Shown here: piece after piece, positions 18,850-31,781 of the stretch | How positions within the stretch are numbered: position 1 is the stretch's first letter | How the letters are laid out: each line of letters starts with the position of its first letter | Assembly (NCBI GenBank): GCA_009103225.1 | Contig: RHPI01000560.1 | Coordinates: forward strand, 417,465 to 481,464 | DNA: 64,000 nucleotides | Direction of reading: 5' to 3' | From: Chlorokybus atmophyticus | Lineage: Eukaryota > Plantae > Mesostigma and Chlorokybus algae | Made by a program: the position numbers and the translations under genes | The notes under the pieces: model-generated | What the model saw: only the letters and a program-made list of their open reading frames with translations | Databases searched by the model: none | Told to the model about the DNA's origin: nothing

Positions 18850-20725
18850 ATGTCGTCGTTGTCGTGTGATACGGGTTGTGTGAGCACATCGGCTTCGCAC
18901 CAGCAGCGATGCCGGCCAGCATCCTACACAGGCCTGCGGCCTGCGGTAAGGCCTGCTGCGGGCGGCCTCCCCAGGCCTGGCAGGGGCTCAGTGGCCTGGG
19001 CGGCGCGGACGGGGTCCAGCTCCGCCGGCTCGGCGCCGCCGTGCCAGGTGACGCTGGCGCCCGCTAAGCAAGAGCAGGAGAAGCAGCAAGGGGCGGCGGA
19101 GGCGGTGGACACGGACGCCATCATCCAGGCGGAGGGGAAGTATGTCGTGCAGACGTATGCACGTGCTCCAGGCGTGGTGTTCACGCACGGGCAAGGTGCA
19201 GTGCTGTGGGACAGTGAGGGCCGCCGCTACCTCGACTTCTCTGCTGGCATTGCCGTCAACGCCCTCGGCCATGGCGACCCCGCCTGGATCCGCGCCCTCA
19301 CCGACCAGGCCGCCCGCCTCGCCCACGTCTCCAACCTTTACCACACTGTCCCCCAGGTGCCACACTACAGCTGCATTTTATGTGTGCGTAAAGGTCGACG
19401 TCATTCGTGCATGGTTGTAGTTTACGTACTTGTATGCGTGCGTGCATGCATGCATGCATGCGAGCTCTCCATCCTGTCTCATCCAGTACTCACAATCTTC
19501 CAGTTTGTTGCATTGTTGCAGAAAGTGTTCTCTCTTGTTGTGCTGGCTGATGCTTATTGTAATTGTGACCTCTACAACGAGCACTTGGTTTGAAAGCTTT
19601 GCTGCGCTGCCTTGTGTGTGATTTTTGGTTCGATTTGGCCTACTGTATTGTTGGGTTCTGTGCCGTCTGCTGCGTGTTTACTAATGCGAGGCCGCATTGC
19701 AGGTGCAATTGGCCGAGCGGCTCGTAAACAACTCTTTTGCAGACCGTGTTTTCTACTGCAACTCTGGCACGGAAGCCAACGAGGCAGCGATAAAATTCGC
19801 GCGCAAGGTTGCGTATGAACGGAAGCTGAAGGAAGGAAAACCCTCCAGCAGCGGAAGCGGTTTCTTTGCAAATTTGTTTGGCAAGACAAATGCAATAGAG
19901 CCGGACCTCATTGCATTCACAAACTCGTTTCACGGACGCACGATGGGCGCCCTCGCGTTGACATCAAAGCAGAAATACAGGGACCCGTTTGAGCCCGTTA
20001 TGCCGGGCGCGACATTCGTGCAGTTTGGTGATTTGGATGCGGCGGCTCGTGCGATTGTGAAGGGTCGCACGGCGGCCGTGTTTGTTGAACCCGTGCAGGG
20101 CGAGGGCGGGTGCTTCACGTCAACACAACCCTTCCTACAAGGCCTCCGAGATTTGTGTGATCAGGCCGGGGCGCTGCTTGTTTTCGATGAGGTGCAATGT
20201 GGTCTCGGCCGCTGCGGGAAGCTGTTTGCTCACGAGTTGTACGGCGTTCAACCCGACATCATGACGCTCGCGAAGCCTCTCGCGGGCGGTCTTCCTATTG
20301 GAGCTGTGCTCACGACCAACCGCGTGGCCTCCGCGATGAAGCCCGGCGACCATGGGTCCACCTTTGCCGGCAATCCGCTCGTGTGCAACGTGGCCAACAC
20401 TGTGCTTGACAGGATTACTGAACCTGGTTTCCTTGACGGTGTCACGCGGCTTGGCGAGAGGCTGCGCAGCGTCCTGCGCGAGCGCATTGGCAGCAACCCC
20501 CACGTCAAAGAAGTGCGAGGGGCGGGCCTGCTTGTGGGCGTTCAGCTGGACTGTTCTGCTGCGCCGCTGCAAGATGCGTGCCGCGAAGCTGGATTGCTCA
20601 TTCTTACTGCAGGTGCTGGAGATGTTGTGCGACTTGCGCCCCCGCTGATTATTACTGATCAAGAGGTGGACACAGCTGTTGACATCATTGCCTCCCATTT
20701 ACATGTTCTGGATAAGAAGGCTTGA
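18850..20725 (+). CDS. argD: Acetylornithine aminotransferase (ArgD/WIN1-like), plastid-targeted, 2 exons (18850-19356, 19703-20725)
   Basis: [71 protein letters not shown]-lysine [24 protein letters not shown]; phase-0 GT-AG intron joins the two ORFs. Confidence 0.96.
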
Positions 20726-21959
20726 TCAGCAGTGCAGTGTGCGTGCTACTGTTAGTGATTGGTTGTGGAGCTGTTGTACATAGTAAACTGGCGGTACACA
20801 AGTGATTGATGGCTGCGCTGTTGGACTTACTATTATGCAGTGTTGACTTGCTGCTGGGCAATTTCACTAGTTCTGCTCTGCAGGGAGCAGCTGTAGTTGT
20901 ACAGATAGCTGTTTGCATGCATGCAAGCATATTACATCAACGCAAGATGCTCTCCTGGTCCATGTGTCGCGCAACGTGGTGGTGTCGCACGCATGATGCT
21001 TGGTCACCGCACTGTTGCCGGGATGCACAAATGCATGGATCTTGGACTGATCTTGTGCCTGCCGGAATGACAACACATGTTTGCTGCGTATGGTATGCAT
21101 AAGCAATTGCACATCGCATTTTCTGTACATAGAGCTGTTGCAGAATTGCTGTCAGCAGGTTGCCTGCAGAGCCCACAAGATTATTAACGGCAGCAGCTGC
21201 CTTCATGCGCAATACCGGGTAACCCATAGGGGCTGGAATACCAGCAGACCAAGCACAACACAGATACCAGCAAGCAAGCAACCACATACACGCAGATTTG
21301 CATGTGCGAGTTCCCCTTTGCATCTTTTGTACACAACAACTCAAACACTTCACGGATCCAAGCAAAACTAGACTAGGCTGGTTTCTATATGCAGCTATGT
21401 GCAAGGTTCGAGTATGTGCAAGGCACGATAAGCAGGCATGCAGTGCATATTGAAACGGATAACAGGCAGGGCAGCGCCCTGTACCTGCATAAGAGAAGAG
21501 CACAGGAGAGGTGGTGAGCCAGATGCGGTAGCACAACTGCAAACATCGTTCATCGCATCACAATTTAATAGAGTATAACATACTGAGGTGCTGAGCACTT
21601 TGAAGCGCTTTGCTCGGGATGGCAGGTAAAATTTGCTTTTGTACAAAAATGGCATGCTACATGCATGCGCTGTCATGCATCACCTGGCATGGTGTACACA
21701 AGATGTAACGGGGATATCCTGCTTGCAAGGCAACCATACACACAACATGCATCAATCATGTATACACAATGCGCGAGGGATATGCTCATGCATCATGACG
21801 ATCATCCTACCATCTTCCAACCAACATTTTAACATTGTCACACACTTCACCACCGGGCTACTCCCCACCTAACTCACTGCCAACACTGTCGCTAACACCC
21901 CGTTAGCCATGCATACACGCAGTCACCTGCAGGCATGTGTTATTCACAAGCACATACAA

Positions 21960-22380
21960 CACCACATCGCACATACTCTACCACCGGGCTATACTACAAG
22001 TACTACTTCTACTACTCTACTCACCTTCCCCAATAGTCACAGAAGGATGCGTGTATCAAAGTCATCACCTGTACAGCACGTAACAGCAGCGTCAGTCACG
22101 GTCATTCTCCATAGCCTCCGGCACGCAATCAGCAACATGTGCATGTTTAAGCCCTCCGTCCCTCCCCCTCCTTCCTCCTCCCTCCACCTTCGCGCCTCCC
22201 CTCTCATCCCACCCCTGCCACTGCATGCACACGCCGTAACCCTTGCTGCGTCGTCCTGCAGGGCCCTTCTGCCCCGCCCCTCTGCCCCTCCCCTCCCTCT
22301 TACGTCTCCCTCAGTGCACAGTGCTGCGTGCACTGCTCACTGCAGTGTAGCTGCGTCGCTGCATGCAGTTAGGTGTTGCT
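21960..22380. repeat. Copy of the dispersed repeat family (ACCACCGGGCTA motif + CT-rich module)
   Basis: accaccgggctata at 21980-21993; ggcccytctgccccgcccctctgccc and terminal gcagttaggtg shared with 40930-41180. Confidence 0.6.
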
Positions 22381-22516
22381 GTGCGCATGACATCTGCCGT
22401 CTATCCAGCTAAAACAGTACTTACCACAGCACGCAAGCCCTGACCAGCATTTCTATCTTAGTATAGTAAAACAAATTATGAAACTATTTGCACTGCCTGT
22501 TGTCTTCTGTCTGACG

Positions 22517-25073
22517 TTATCTAGCCTTCCAGTAGCTGTGTGACGCGCTTGGCGGCTGCCTTGCAGCATAGAGCGCCTTGATGCGATAATGCATAGTCCT
22601 TGGCGTGTTAGCCAAAGCGTCCGCCATATTGACCCCCCAGCGCGCAAACACTGCTTCCCTGAACACGCGCTCGCGCAGCTGTGGCGATACATCTTCGCGG
22701 TCGAAGTAGCAGCGTGCATTCCTCAAGGCCTCATAATCAGCGTAATTGTCAGACTCGTACCCAGAGCTGTCATCACCTGACCCACGATCCAAGCCCGCCA
22801 TCCACCGAGCGCGCCGACGGCGTCCAAAGGCCGGGCGACGGGCGCTGCTGTGGTCACTGAGCACCGCAGCTGTGATCTCCGAGCGCAGGTGCGTTGATGA
22901 ACACAGCCAGTCCATTTCTAAGACAGCATCAACAATCTCATCCGCCTCGCCAATTCCGCTGAGCACGAAGCGGCGGCACGGCCTGGAACGCAGGCGCACA
23001 AGCTCCTTTGCACGCGTGGCGTCGAGCTGGCCCGGAGCCGCGGCTGTCAGCATGCGGGTAACGAGCAATTCTTCTCTCTCTTGCTGGTTGCGATGCACAG
23101 ATGCGCGCCGCTTCTCTGCCGCTTTGTCTGATCGGCGCTGTGCGGCGAGCAAACCTGAGGAATTCCCATGCTTGCGCAGTGCCACGCGCTGGACTTGGTG
23201 CAGCAGATAAAGCCGCATAGGTGCGCAGCGCCGCCCGTGTGGGTTGCTCTTGGCGAGGAAGGGCAGGCCTGCAAGATGGAGGTCCGTCAAGCGGAATCGG
23301 TTCCTTGCTGTGGTTACATTAATCCTCTCCACCTTCAAGCGAATCACCTCGCAAGCAACAGCCCATGGAACAGGCGAGTCCAATGGCAGTAGAGACGCGC
23401 GTATGCTTGCCAGAAGCTGCTCCTTGTTTCTGCCCTTGAAAGCTGTGAGCCCTAGCCGCATTGCGCATGCCTGCAATACAACAAACCGTGACATGAGCAA
23501 CCTGCCTGACCAAATGACACATCCTTGAAGCCAGCTTTGCCGACGAATCGACACACCTGTAGGACGTTAATATCGAACGCCTTGGCATTTTCCGTTCGCA
23601 AACGCTCCAGCAGTTCGGCACTCAACTGCTGAGGAACAGGGCAGATTGATGCTAGCTTTTGCCAGACAGGGAAGGACTGCTGCCGCACTGCTGGCCAGAA
23701 GCGTGACAGAACGAGCAACTCCTGTACTGCATGCACAATACTGTACAGCGGTTCAGAGTCTATGAATGCAATCAGCCGCTCACAGACATGCTGGACAAGT
23801 TCCGCAGGCAGCAAGTGCCAAACGGTTTCGTTGCCTGTTGACGATGACGTGACAAGCTCAGTCTGTGCATCAGCTGCTGGCAGCGATACTGGCTGCAACC
23901 CAAGGGTATCACCAGTAGGGAGGGTTGCTTCTGGCAGGTGCGAGCATGCGTGCGGTATCACCGCGCTCGCGGTAGAACTTTTGATTGTTTCCATCAATGC
24001 CTGAGCTGCAGTGGCTGTTGCAGCTGTCGCTGTCACTGCTGCAGAAGCTCTCAATGTCAACTCCTCACCTGCAGCGAATGCCAGCAATGCCAATCTTGTT
24101 TGACTTGAATCGGCAGTTACGCGCTCCGCAGCAGACACCATGCAGATGCCAACGTTGCCTGTGCTGCTTTGTGCATGTGTAGGAGTGGTGCCAACAACCG
24201 CAGCATTGGATGCTGCAGCATCTGGTGTTGCAAGCACTGGTGCAGAGCTAATCGAAGCAGCTGCGTCTTGCAGTTTGCCAGCTTTACCCCTTTTGCGGGC
24301 AGGCTTGCTTACGGGCTGTGCAGAATGCACCGTGGAGGCTGCTATTGCTGGTGGTTGACTTGCAGGTATCAGGCGTTCTGCAGCAGGCACCATGCGATCA
24401 CCACCAGTAACTGTGCCGCTTTGTGGCTGCATAGGAATGGTGCCGACAACCGCAGCAGCTGGTGCTGCATTTGGTGTTGCAAGCGCTGGCGCAGTACTAG
24501 TCGGGACAGCTGCGGCTTGCACTTCAGCGGCTTTGGCCCGTTTACGGGCAGGCTTGCTTGCAGGCTGTGCAGAACGCACTGTGGAGGCTGATGCTGCTGC
24601 AGGTGGGTTGTTTTGTGACAACATCTGCAAGACGTATGTTGCGTAGTTCACCAACGGCGCTGATGGGGGAACCCTGTAAACTTCAGACGGCAGGCGATAT
24701 GTGAAGCGGGGCTGCAGTGGAAACACAGGGGTCAGCATGTAGAAGGAGTAAACTTACACCCAATGTCGCAACATATTTTATAACACAACCATTGGTTCTG
24801 ACCATGACAACTACTGACATCTCCCTGTAGTCACAAAGGGATTTGGGGGCCATGCATGTGCCTAGCCAGTCAATATACATTCATATGCAACGTTTACAGC
24901 CTGTGCAATAGCAGTGCAGATCAAAATGAGCGTACCTGTGGAGGCCGAGGAACAAGCATGCGAAGTCGCTTAGCAGGCGGGGGCACCTGCTCAGGCATTG
25001 TTGCTAGGCCAGCACGCACAGGAGCAATGCCGGCTTCACAGGTTGCTTTCACACTAATTGCCTCCTCCTCCAT
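22517..25073 (-). CDS. Uncharacterised protein: low-complexity repeats + F-box-like + SAP-like + XPA C-terminal-like domain; 3 exons (25073-24936, 24711-23557, 23470-22517)
   Basis: Two phase-0 GT-AG introns give one open frame. F-box-like WHLLPAELVQHVCERL; SAP-like LQ|ACAMRLGLTAFKGRNKEQLLASI; INVTTARNRFRLTDLHL..LPFLAKSNPH...MRLYLLHQVQRVALRKHG matches the XPA_C pattern. Confidence 0.75.
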
Positions 25074-25650
25074 CTGCACCACTGCATACCAATCAGAAGA
25101 TGCACTGCAGAATTATGCAAACAATTTGCATTACAATGTCATGCTAATACCAGTATCCCAACACGGCATTGCAGGACCTCAACGCCAAAGCGGGTCATAG
25201 AGACGCAATTGTCACGTACACGCAATGGCCACACACGACACAACAAAGTAAACGACAATGTTGGGAGACAGAACAATGCGCTCCGCAAGGTCACACTGGT
25301 CGCACAGAACTACAGGTCGCCTGTTGTTTGGTCAAGCATTTCAGCAGAAGTGGCGCTGCGTGACACATTTGTTTGGTTGTGCATTGTGACTGGTGAGCTT
25401 GAGGTCAGAGCATTCGTCACAGCCTTGGACAAAGCGGACCTTGCACAACACCGCAGGACACGAGCGCAACATAGACATGGCGAACAGCAGATGCAGCAGC
25501 GGCTGCCCACACAAATCGCTTGCAGATACGGGCTCGCAGCTCACCTGCTTGTTAAGGAGTCCAATGCTGTAATTTATCAAGCCCCCAAACCAGGAAAGTC
25601 GATGGCCTCGCGGACCCCGACACCCCCGCCATGGCCACCATCGCCGCCCA

Positions 25651-25658
25651 AAACCCTA
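25651..25658 (+). promoter_or_regulatory. Telo-box in the F-box-like/LACS bidirectional promoter
   Basis: AAACCCTA exact; a near match AACCCTAA at 25762-25769. Confidence 0.55.
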
Positions 25659-25926
25659 ATGCAGAAACACACACACGACTTTTAAACGACTCAACATTTA
25701 GACGCTGGTGTCAAGTTCATGCGCTGCATGTCAGCAGCCTTAACAGTGTGCTGACGTAAGCAACCCTAATACAACGTGGCGCTATCACTTTTGTCAGTGA
25801 GCGTGGATCGGGATCAGTTGATCGAGAAGATTGGAGGCAGAAACAATAGAGAGCTCCGTACTGCTGAGGTGGATGAATTTGGTGGAAGGTGAAGCTCTGT
25901 GCGCAGCGGCGGCGGTGGTGGTAGCG

Positions 25927-28900
25927 ATGGCGAGGGTGGGGAAATGGTTGGTGCAGGTAGCGCCTGGAGAGCCGGGGAAGGGGGAGGGTGAGGGCAAAAT
26001 CCCCGAGCGCGGCCCGGTATACCGCAACTACGCCGCGAAGAACGCATGGGTTGAGGCGCCGGAGGGCGTCACCACCCTCTACCACTCCTTCAAGTGAGGG
26101 TTTTAGGCTCATTGCTTGATGCCCGACAAGCATGTGAAATGCTTCTCACATATGCTCGCTCGCAGAAAGAGCGTGGATGCTTACGGTGGTTCTCCATGCC
26201 TGGGCTGGAGGCCCACCGTCAACGGGGAGGTATGCAGTATGGCTGGTTAGCTGTGCTGCCGTATTGGTGTCCTTAGTAAGCATTTCATGCGGCATGACCG
26301 CCCAGCTGCCGCAATTGCTAACTGCGATGTTTGGCAGCCTGGGCCATATAAGTGGATGACATACAAGCAGGCGTATGACACGGCACTCAACTTCGCCTCT
26401 GGCCTTCGTGACCTTGGTGTTGAACCGGTATTGCATTCAGTACTGCTTGTGCATGAGATTGCATGTTGCTCGCAATACACGTCGACAGTGTTAATGCTCG
26501 GGTTTGCAGCAAGGCCGCGTGGGAGTTTACAGCGTCAACTGCCCGCAATGGATGCTCACAATTCAGGCTTGCAACATGCAGTCCCTGCATTGCATTCCAC
26601 TCTACGACAGTCTTGGTAGGTGGTGCTATGGCTTGTGGGCCATCTGTTGAGGTTGTGCTGAAGCTCGTCTTGCCTTGTGCGCTTAGTATGTAACCAGTCC
26701 AAACAGAAGCCTTTCATAACAACAAGGGTGTGCACTTAGTGTGGTCCTGCTCGCCCGCGCATCAATGCCTGGTGGTGAACTCTGTTGAGCAGGTGTTGAT
26801 GCTGTTTCTTTCATTGTGGATCATGCTGATGTAACGATTGCCATCGTCAATGCCAATGGGCCACTGGCAAAGGTGCGTGTACTGCATTTTGTAGTACTAC
26901 ATGTTGTAGTTGGACTTTGTTTGCCAATTGTAACATATTGATTGGGTGCAGTTTGCTGAAGCGCTTGAAAAGACACCAAAGGTTAAAGGTGTGTGACAGG
27001 CAGCATTTCTGTCTACATGCACTGTTTTGGATGGGTTTTAACAGACGTAAGCAATGTTGCAACGCAGCAATTGGCACTCATACAACCAGTTTGTTGTAGC
27101 CATCATCACCATCGGTGAAGCGTCTTCAGCGTTGAAGAATCAAGTGGCCCAGCAGAACGTCAAGATGTTCACATTTGAGGAGGTTGTTGAAAAGGTTAGT
27201 ACACGGGTTGATTGATGCTATTGCCTGTCCTGCATGCAGTGCCCCAGCTAGCTATCTGTCAAAAGCCTTGGTTGATCTTCAATGGTTGCGCTGCGCTATT
27301 TTCCATACATGCATCTGGCAGGGCAAAGAAAAGCCAGTGGAACTGAGCCTTCCCAAGCCAGACGACCTTTGCACCATCATGTACACCAGCGGCACCACTG
27401 GCGAGCCAAAGGTAAGGGGTTGTGCACAGACCAAGCCATTGGGTTTACAACGGATGCGCAAATCCAACGAGGTGCCTTGTGTTCCAGGGCGTTATGCTTA
27501 CACACAAAGCAGTTTTGTACACCATCGCGGGCGTTGAGAAGTTCCTGCATCAAAACAACTTTGACGTCTCTACCGATGATGTCTTCATCTCGTATCTACC
27601 ACTTGCTCACGTTTTTGATCGGGATGCTGAGGAGTTCTTCTTGTCGCGAGGCGCGGCAATTGGGTACTTCTGTGGGGACACGAGGAAGCTTACAGCCGAC
27701 ATTAAAGAATTGCGCCCGACATTCTTGGCAGGAGTCCCGCGCGTCTTCGAGCGCGTGTACTCTGGAGTCCTGGACAAACTGGGTGCCAATGTGTCCAAGA
27801 AGAGGTTGTTCGATGTGGCTTACAAATACAAGCGGTTCTGGCTCAACAGAGGCTTCACCCACAATTGGGCTTCACCGATGTTCGACAAGCTGGTGTTTAG
27901 CAAAGTCAAGGATGCTCTTGGCGGACGTTGTCGATTGGTCATATCTGGTGGCGCTCCTCTGTCTTTTCATGTGGAGGAATTCCTGCGCGTCACCATGTGC
28001 TGCGTTGTTCTGCAAGGATATGGTAAGCGGTGTTTGGTGATTGTGTTATAGTTGTGCTTCATGTGCCCTACCAACCCGTATGTTGCACAGGTCTTACTGA
28101 GACATGTGCTGCTTCTTTGATAATGCCACCTACACCCGACATGGCTGGCACTGTTGGAGTGCCATTGCCCATCACGGAGTTTAGGCTGGATGCTGTTGGG
28201 GAGATGAACTACTCTCCCACAGATAATCCCCCACGCGGAGAGGTGAGTGCATCCACCTCCAGTCTCCTTGAGTGTGTGCATGCAGCATGCTCAGGGTGTA
28301 TGGCTCATCAGCAAGTTTGCAACTACGCATTATAGGTCAGGCAACGGGTGGCGGGTGGTCTTCAAGTACTTGACAAGTGTGCATGGCTTCACTGCCAGCA
28401 TTCCATGCCGTTTGAATAAGGCTAGCTAGTGTCTGTATATCGTTGGTACTGACGTGAATGTGCATGTCTGTGCGTGACATTATATGCAGTTGTGTCTCCG
28501 CGGACCATCCCTGTACTCTGGCTACTACAAGCGGGATGACCTCACCAAAGATGCAACCGACGCGGATGGTTGGTTCCACACTGGTGATATTGGTGAACTG
28601 ACCAGGTCTGGCGGGCTGAAGATCATCGACCGGAAGAAGAACATCTTCAAGCTGTCTCAGGGAGAGTATGTCGCAGTGGAGCATTTGGAGAACCTGTTTG
28701 GACAGTGCCCGCTGTTTGAGCAGGTAAGTGTCCAGCGTTTTTGCACCGACGGGTTGAATGGCATTGCATGCATAACCGCTGATGCTTGTGTATTTCGTAG
28801 ATTTGGCTGTACGGCAACAGCTTTGAGACATCGCTGGTGTGCGTGGCTGTACCCAAAGAGGACAAGATTATGGCGTGGGCAAAAGAGAACGGTGTCAATG

Positions 28901-29426
28901 GCAGCTTGGAAGAAGTTTGCAAGAGCGATGCCACCAGGAAATATGCACTGGAGCAACTTACCGCTGCTGGGAAGGCCGCTAGGGTACGACAGTGGTGTAG
29001 CTTGAATGCGACCACTGTTTGGGCTTGGGTCATGTCTGTCTCTGCATGCGCGCGTGTAGATGTGGGCACTTGCACGTGTGCATGCTGGTACCTATGCAGG
29101 CACACTTGTGTGTTGTCATGTGGCTGTGTCTCTCCCTGTCTGCTTGTATTGCGCATGTTGCAGCAGCTTAGCAGAACTTCCTTTGTGTTTCAGATGAAGG
29201 GCTTTGAGTTCCCCAAGGCTGTGTACCTGGACAGCCAGCCCTTCGATGAGGCTCGGGACTTGGTCACACCAACAATGAAGAAGAAGAGACCGCAGCTGCA
29301 GAAGTTCTACCAGGTAGGCTGTTCAGTGGACGATTTTATGGGCTGTTTGTGCAAACATGCACAGAACACTCAACTGGTTTTATGTTGCAGAAAGAGATTG
29401 ATGAAATGTACAAGAGCATGAAGTGA
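25927..29426 (+). CDS. LACS: Long-chain acyl-CoA synthetase (LACS4-like), multi-exon
   Basis: IMYTSGTTGEPK|GV, SYLPLAHVFDR, GGRCRLVISGGAPL, LQGY|GLTET, GWFHTGDIGE, IIDRKKNIFKLSQGEYVAVEHLE, LVTPTMKKKRPQL; stop TGA 29424-29426. Confidence 0.96.
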
Positions 29427-29716
29427 TGAAGCCACCTCCAAGCATGTTGTCGCACCGCGCTTAACAGCAGCCCACCTCAGTGTAAAGCACACAATTGGTG
29501 TATAGCTCCCTCCGTGGTTCCTCTTGCTGTTTGCGCTTTTTGTTGCAATCACTGTCAATTCAAACACTGCATTAGTTGCTTAGTCATCGTTCCTTCTGGT
29601 GTAGTATCAAGGACTGCATGGGCTGTTATGAGTTTGCACAGAAGTTGTTGTTTGACCGGTCTAGTAGATACTGGGCACTATCATGGAATTGGCCCGCCCA
29701 TGTACGCCACTGTCTC

Positions 29717-29818
29717 AGTAGTTACTTGCGATGAATCTCTCTTGGGCTTCTATGTGTGTATCAAATACATTTGATACACACATAGAAGCCCAAGAGAGAT
29801 TCACCGCAAGTAACTACT
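29717..29818. repeat. 50-bp near-perfect inverted repeat with a 2-nt centre
   Basis: Arms 29717-29766 and 29769-29818 are reverse complements with one mismatch (29731 A opposite C). Confidence 0.95.
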
Positions 29819-30046
29819 ACTCAAGTGGGGTTTGAGGTGGTGCACTGACTTTACCACATTGCATTGTCTATTCAGCGATTCAGTTTGTGCTTGTGGATCG
29901 CTCGAGTGAACTGTAAATGCATGTACATACAATGCGCGTGGCATATGTTGTAGTACAGCCCTTCTGCACATTGTTGCTTTGCGTATCTTGTACTCAGTCA
30001 GCATTCAGCAGATGCTGACTGTGTACATACAGCAGCTGGCGTGGCT

Positions 30047-30325
30047 ATGCCATTCCTGGATACAGTCTTCCAAACCGCGGACGGCATATGTACCAAGTTG
30101 TGCTGAAAGAAGGTATACCCGCTTATAGCGTCAGTCCACGACATTGTGCTCCCAACTCAATGGACCCCGGACATCAAGCTGGGCGTCGTGGAGTCATAGT
30201 ACGCGCGCTTTAATTGTATCTGCACTTATCGGGAGCATTTTGTCCTGGCTACAGCCGATTTCCTGAAGACGATGCAGTCGGGCGGTCAACCACTTAAGCG
30301 GCTGCTGGCTATTTTTGCAACATAA
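30047..30325 (+). mobile_element. Decayed Penelope-like element fragment (RT C-terminal/thumb region)
   Basis: One frame with two stops: MPFLDTVF...DGICTKLC*KK...PDIKLGVVES*YARFNCICTYREHF...FLKTMQSGGQPLKRLL, matching the PLE pattern PFLD..T.LYDK..G.I.SQ..RF.R.C...F......GY. Confidence 0.7.
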
Positions 30326-31109
30326 GAGAGAGTCTGACCTCCGACTACTGAGGCGGACGTGGCGCTTGCTTAGCATGCCAGTGTATAGGCTGACCATGTG
30401 TAGCCAGCACAGCACAGCACAGGCAAGCACAATGAATAAACAACGGTAGGGGCAGCTAGACTAGACTAGGTGCATGCACCTAGCTAAGTGCATGCGAGGC
30501 GGAGGGCAGGCAAGACGGATGGCAGGGGCGAGGGAACAGGCAAGGGCAAGTGGCAGACCTGACGCCACGCAGGCGCAGGGTCAGTCCTTGGTCTCCACCT
30601 CCACAGCATCCACAGCAACAGCAGAAACAGCAAGGAAAGAGGCAGGGCGGTGAGGGCGGGATGCTGTGCTGCGTGCTGTGCAAATGTATGTGTATAGGTT
30701 AGTGTGTTCGGTTGGGCATGATGGCAGTTAGGTATGGTGACAGCACTGATATGAAACGCTTGTATGTCATTGATACTAGAGTACAAGGATAAAGATGACC
30801 CGCAACGGTGTATATGTGTACTGCACTCCACCGGCGTTATTGTCCAAGGTTGGTGTTCACCGTCATGTAGCATGACCGAGCGCAACATCTACTGCACGGG
30901 GAGCAGCTGCTTGGTAACGCAGCTTGCCCGTGTGACAGGGACCAAGGCACACAGCGCTACACTAGCACCACCACGGCATGACACACTGCGCAAGGGACCT
31001 CTGCGTAGACACAGGGCAGGGGTGCGGTCTCGGACCCTGCTCGCCAGTACCGTGAAGGGAGGCAGGGACCCTCAGTCGGCTGCCAGTCAGGGTCTCAGCC
31101 CCCGGGGGG

Positions 31110-31781
<672 letters not shown>

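Noticed and set aside
18850-20725. argD as horizontal transfer or retrocopy because it has one intron
   Set aside because: It has a transit-like N-terminus and a normal spliceosomal intron; low intron number alone is not evidence.
20937-21676. Minus-strand ORFs downstream of argD
   Set aside because: No recognisable motif and no consistent exon chain could be built.
25209-25685. 158-aa ORF in the F-box-like/LACS promoter gap
   Set aside because: No motif; overlaps the expected 5' UTR and promoter of the divergent pair.
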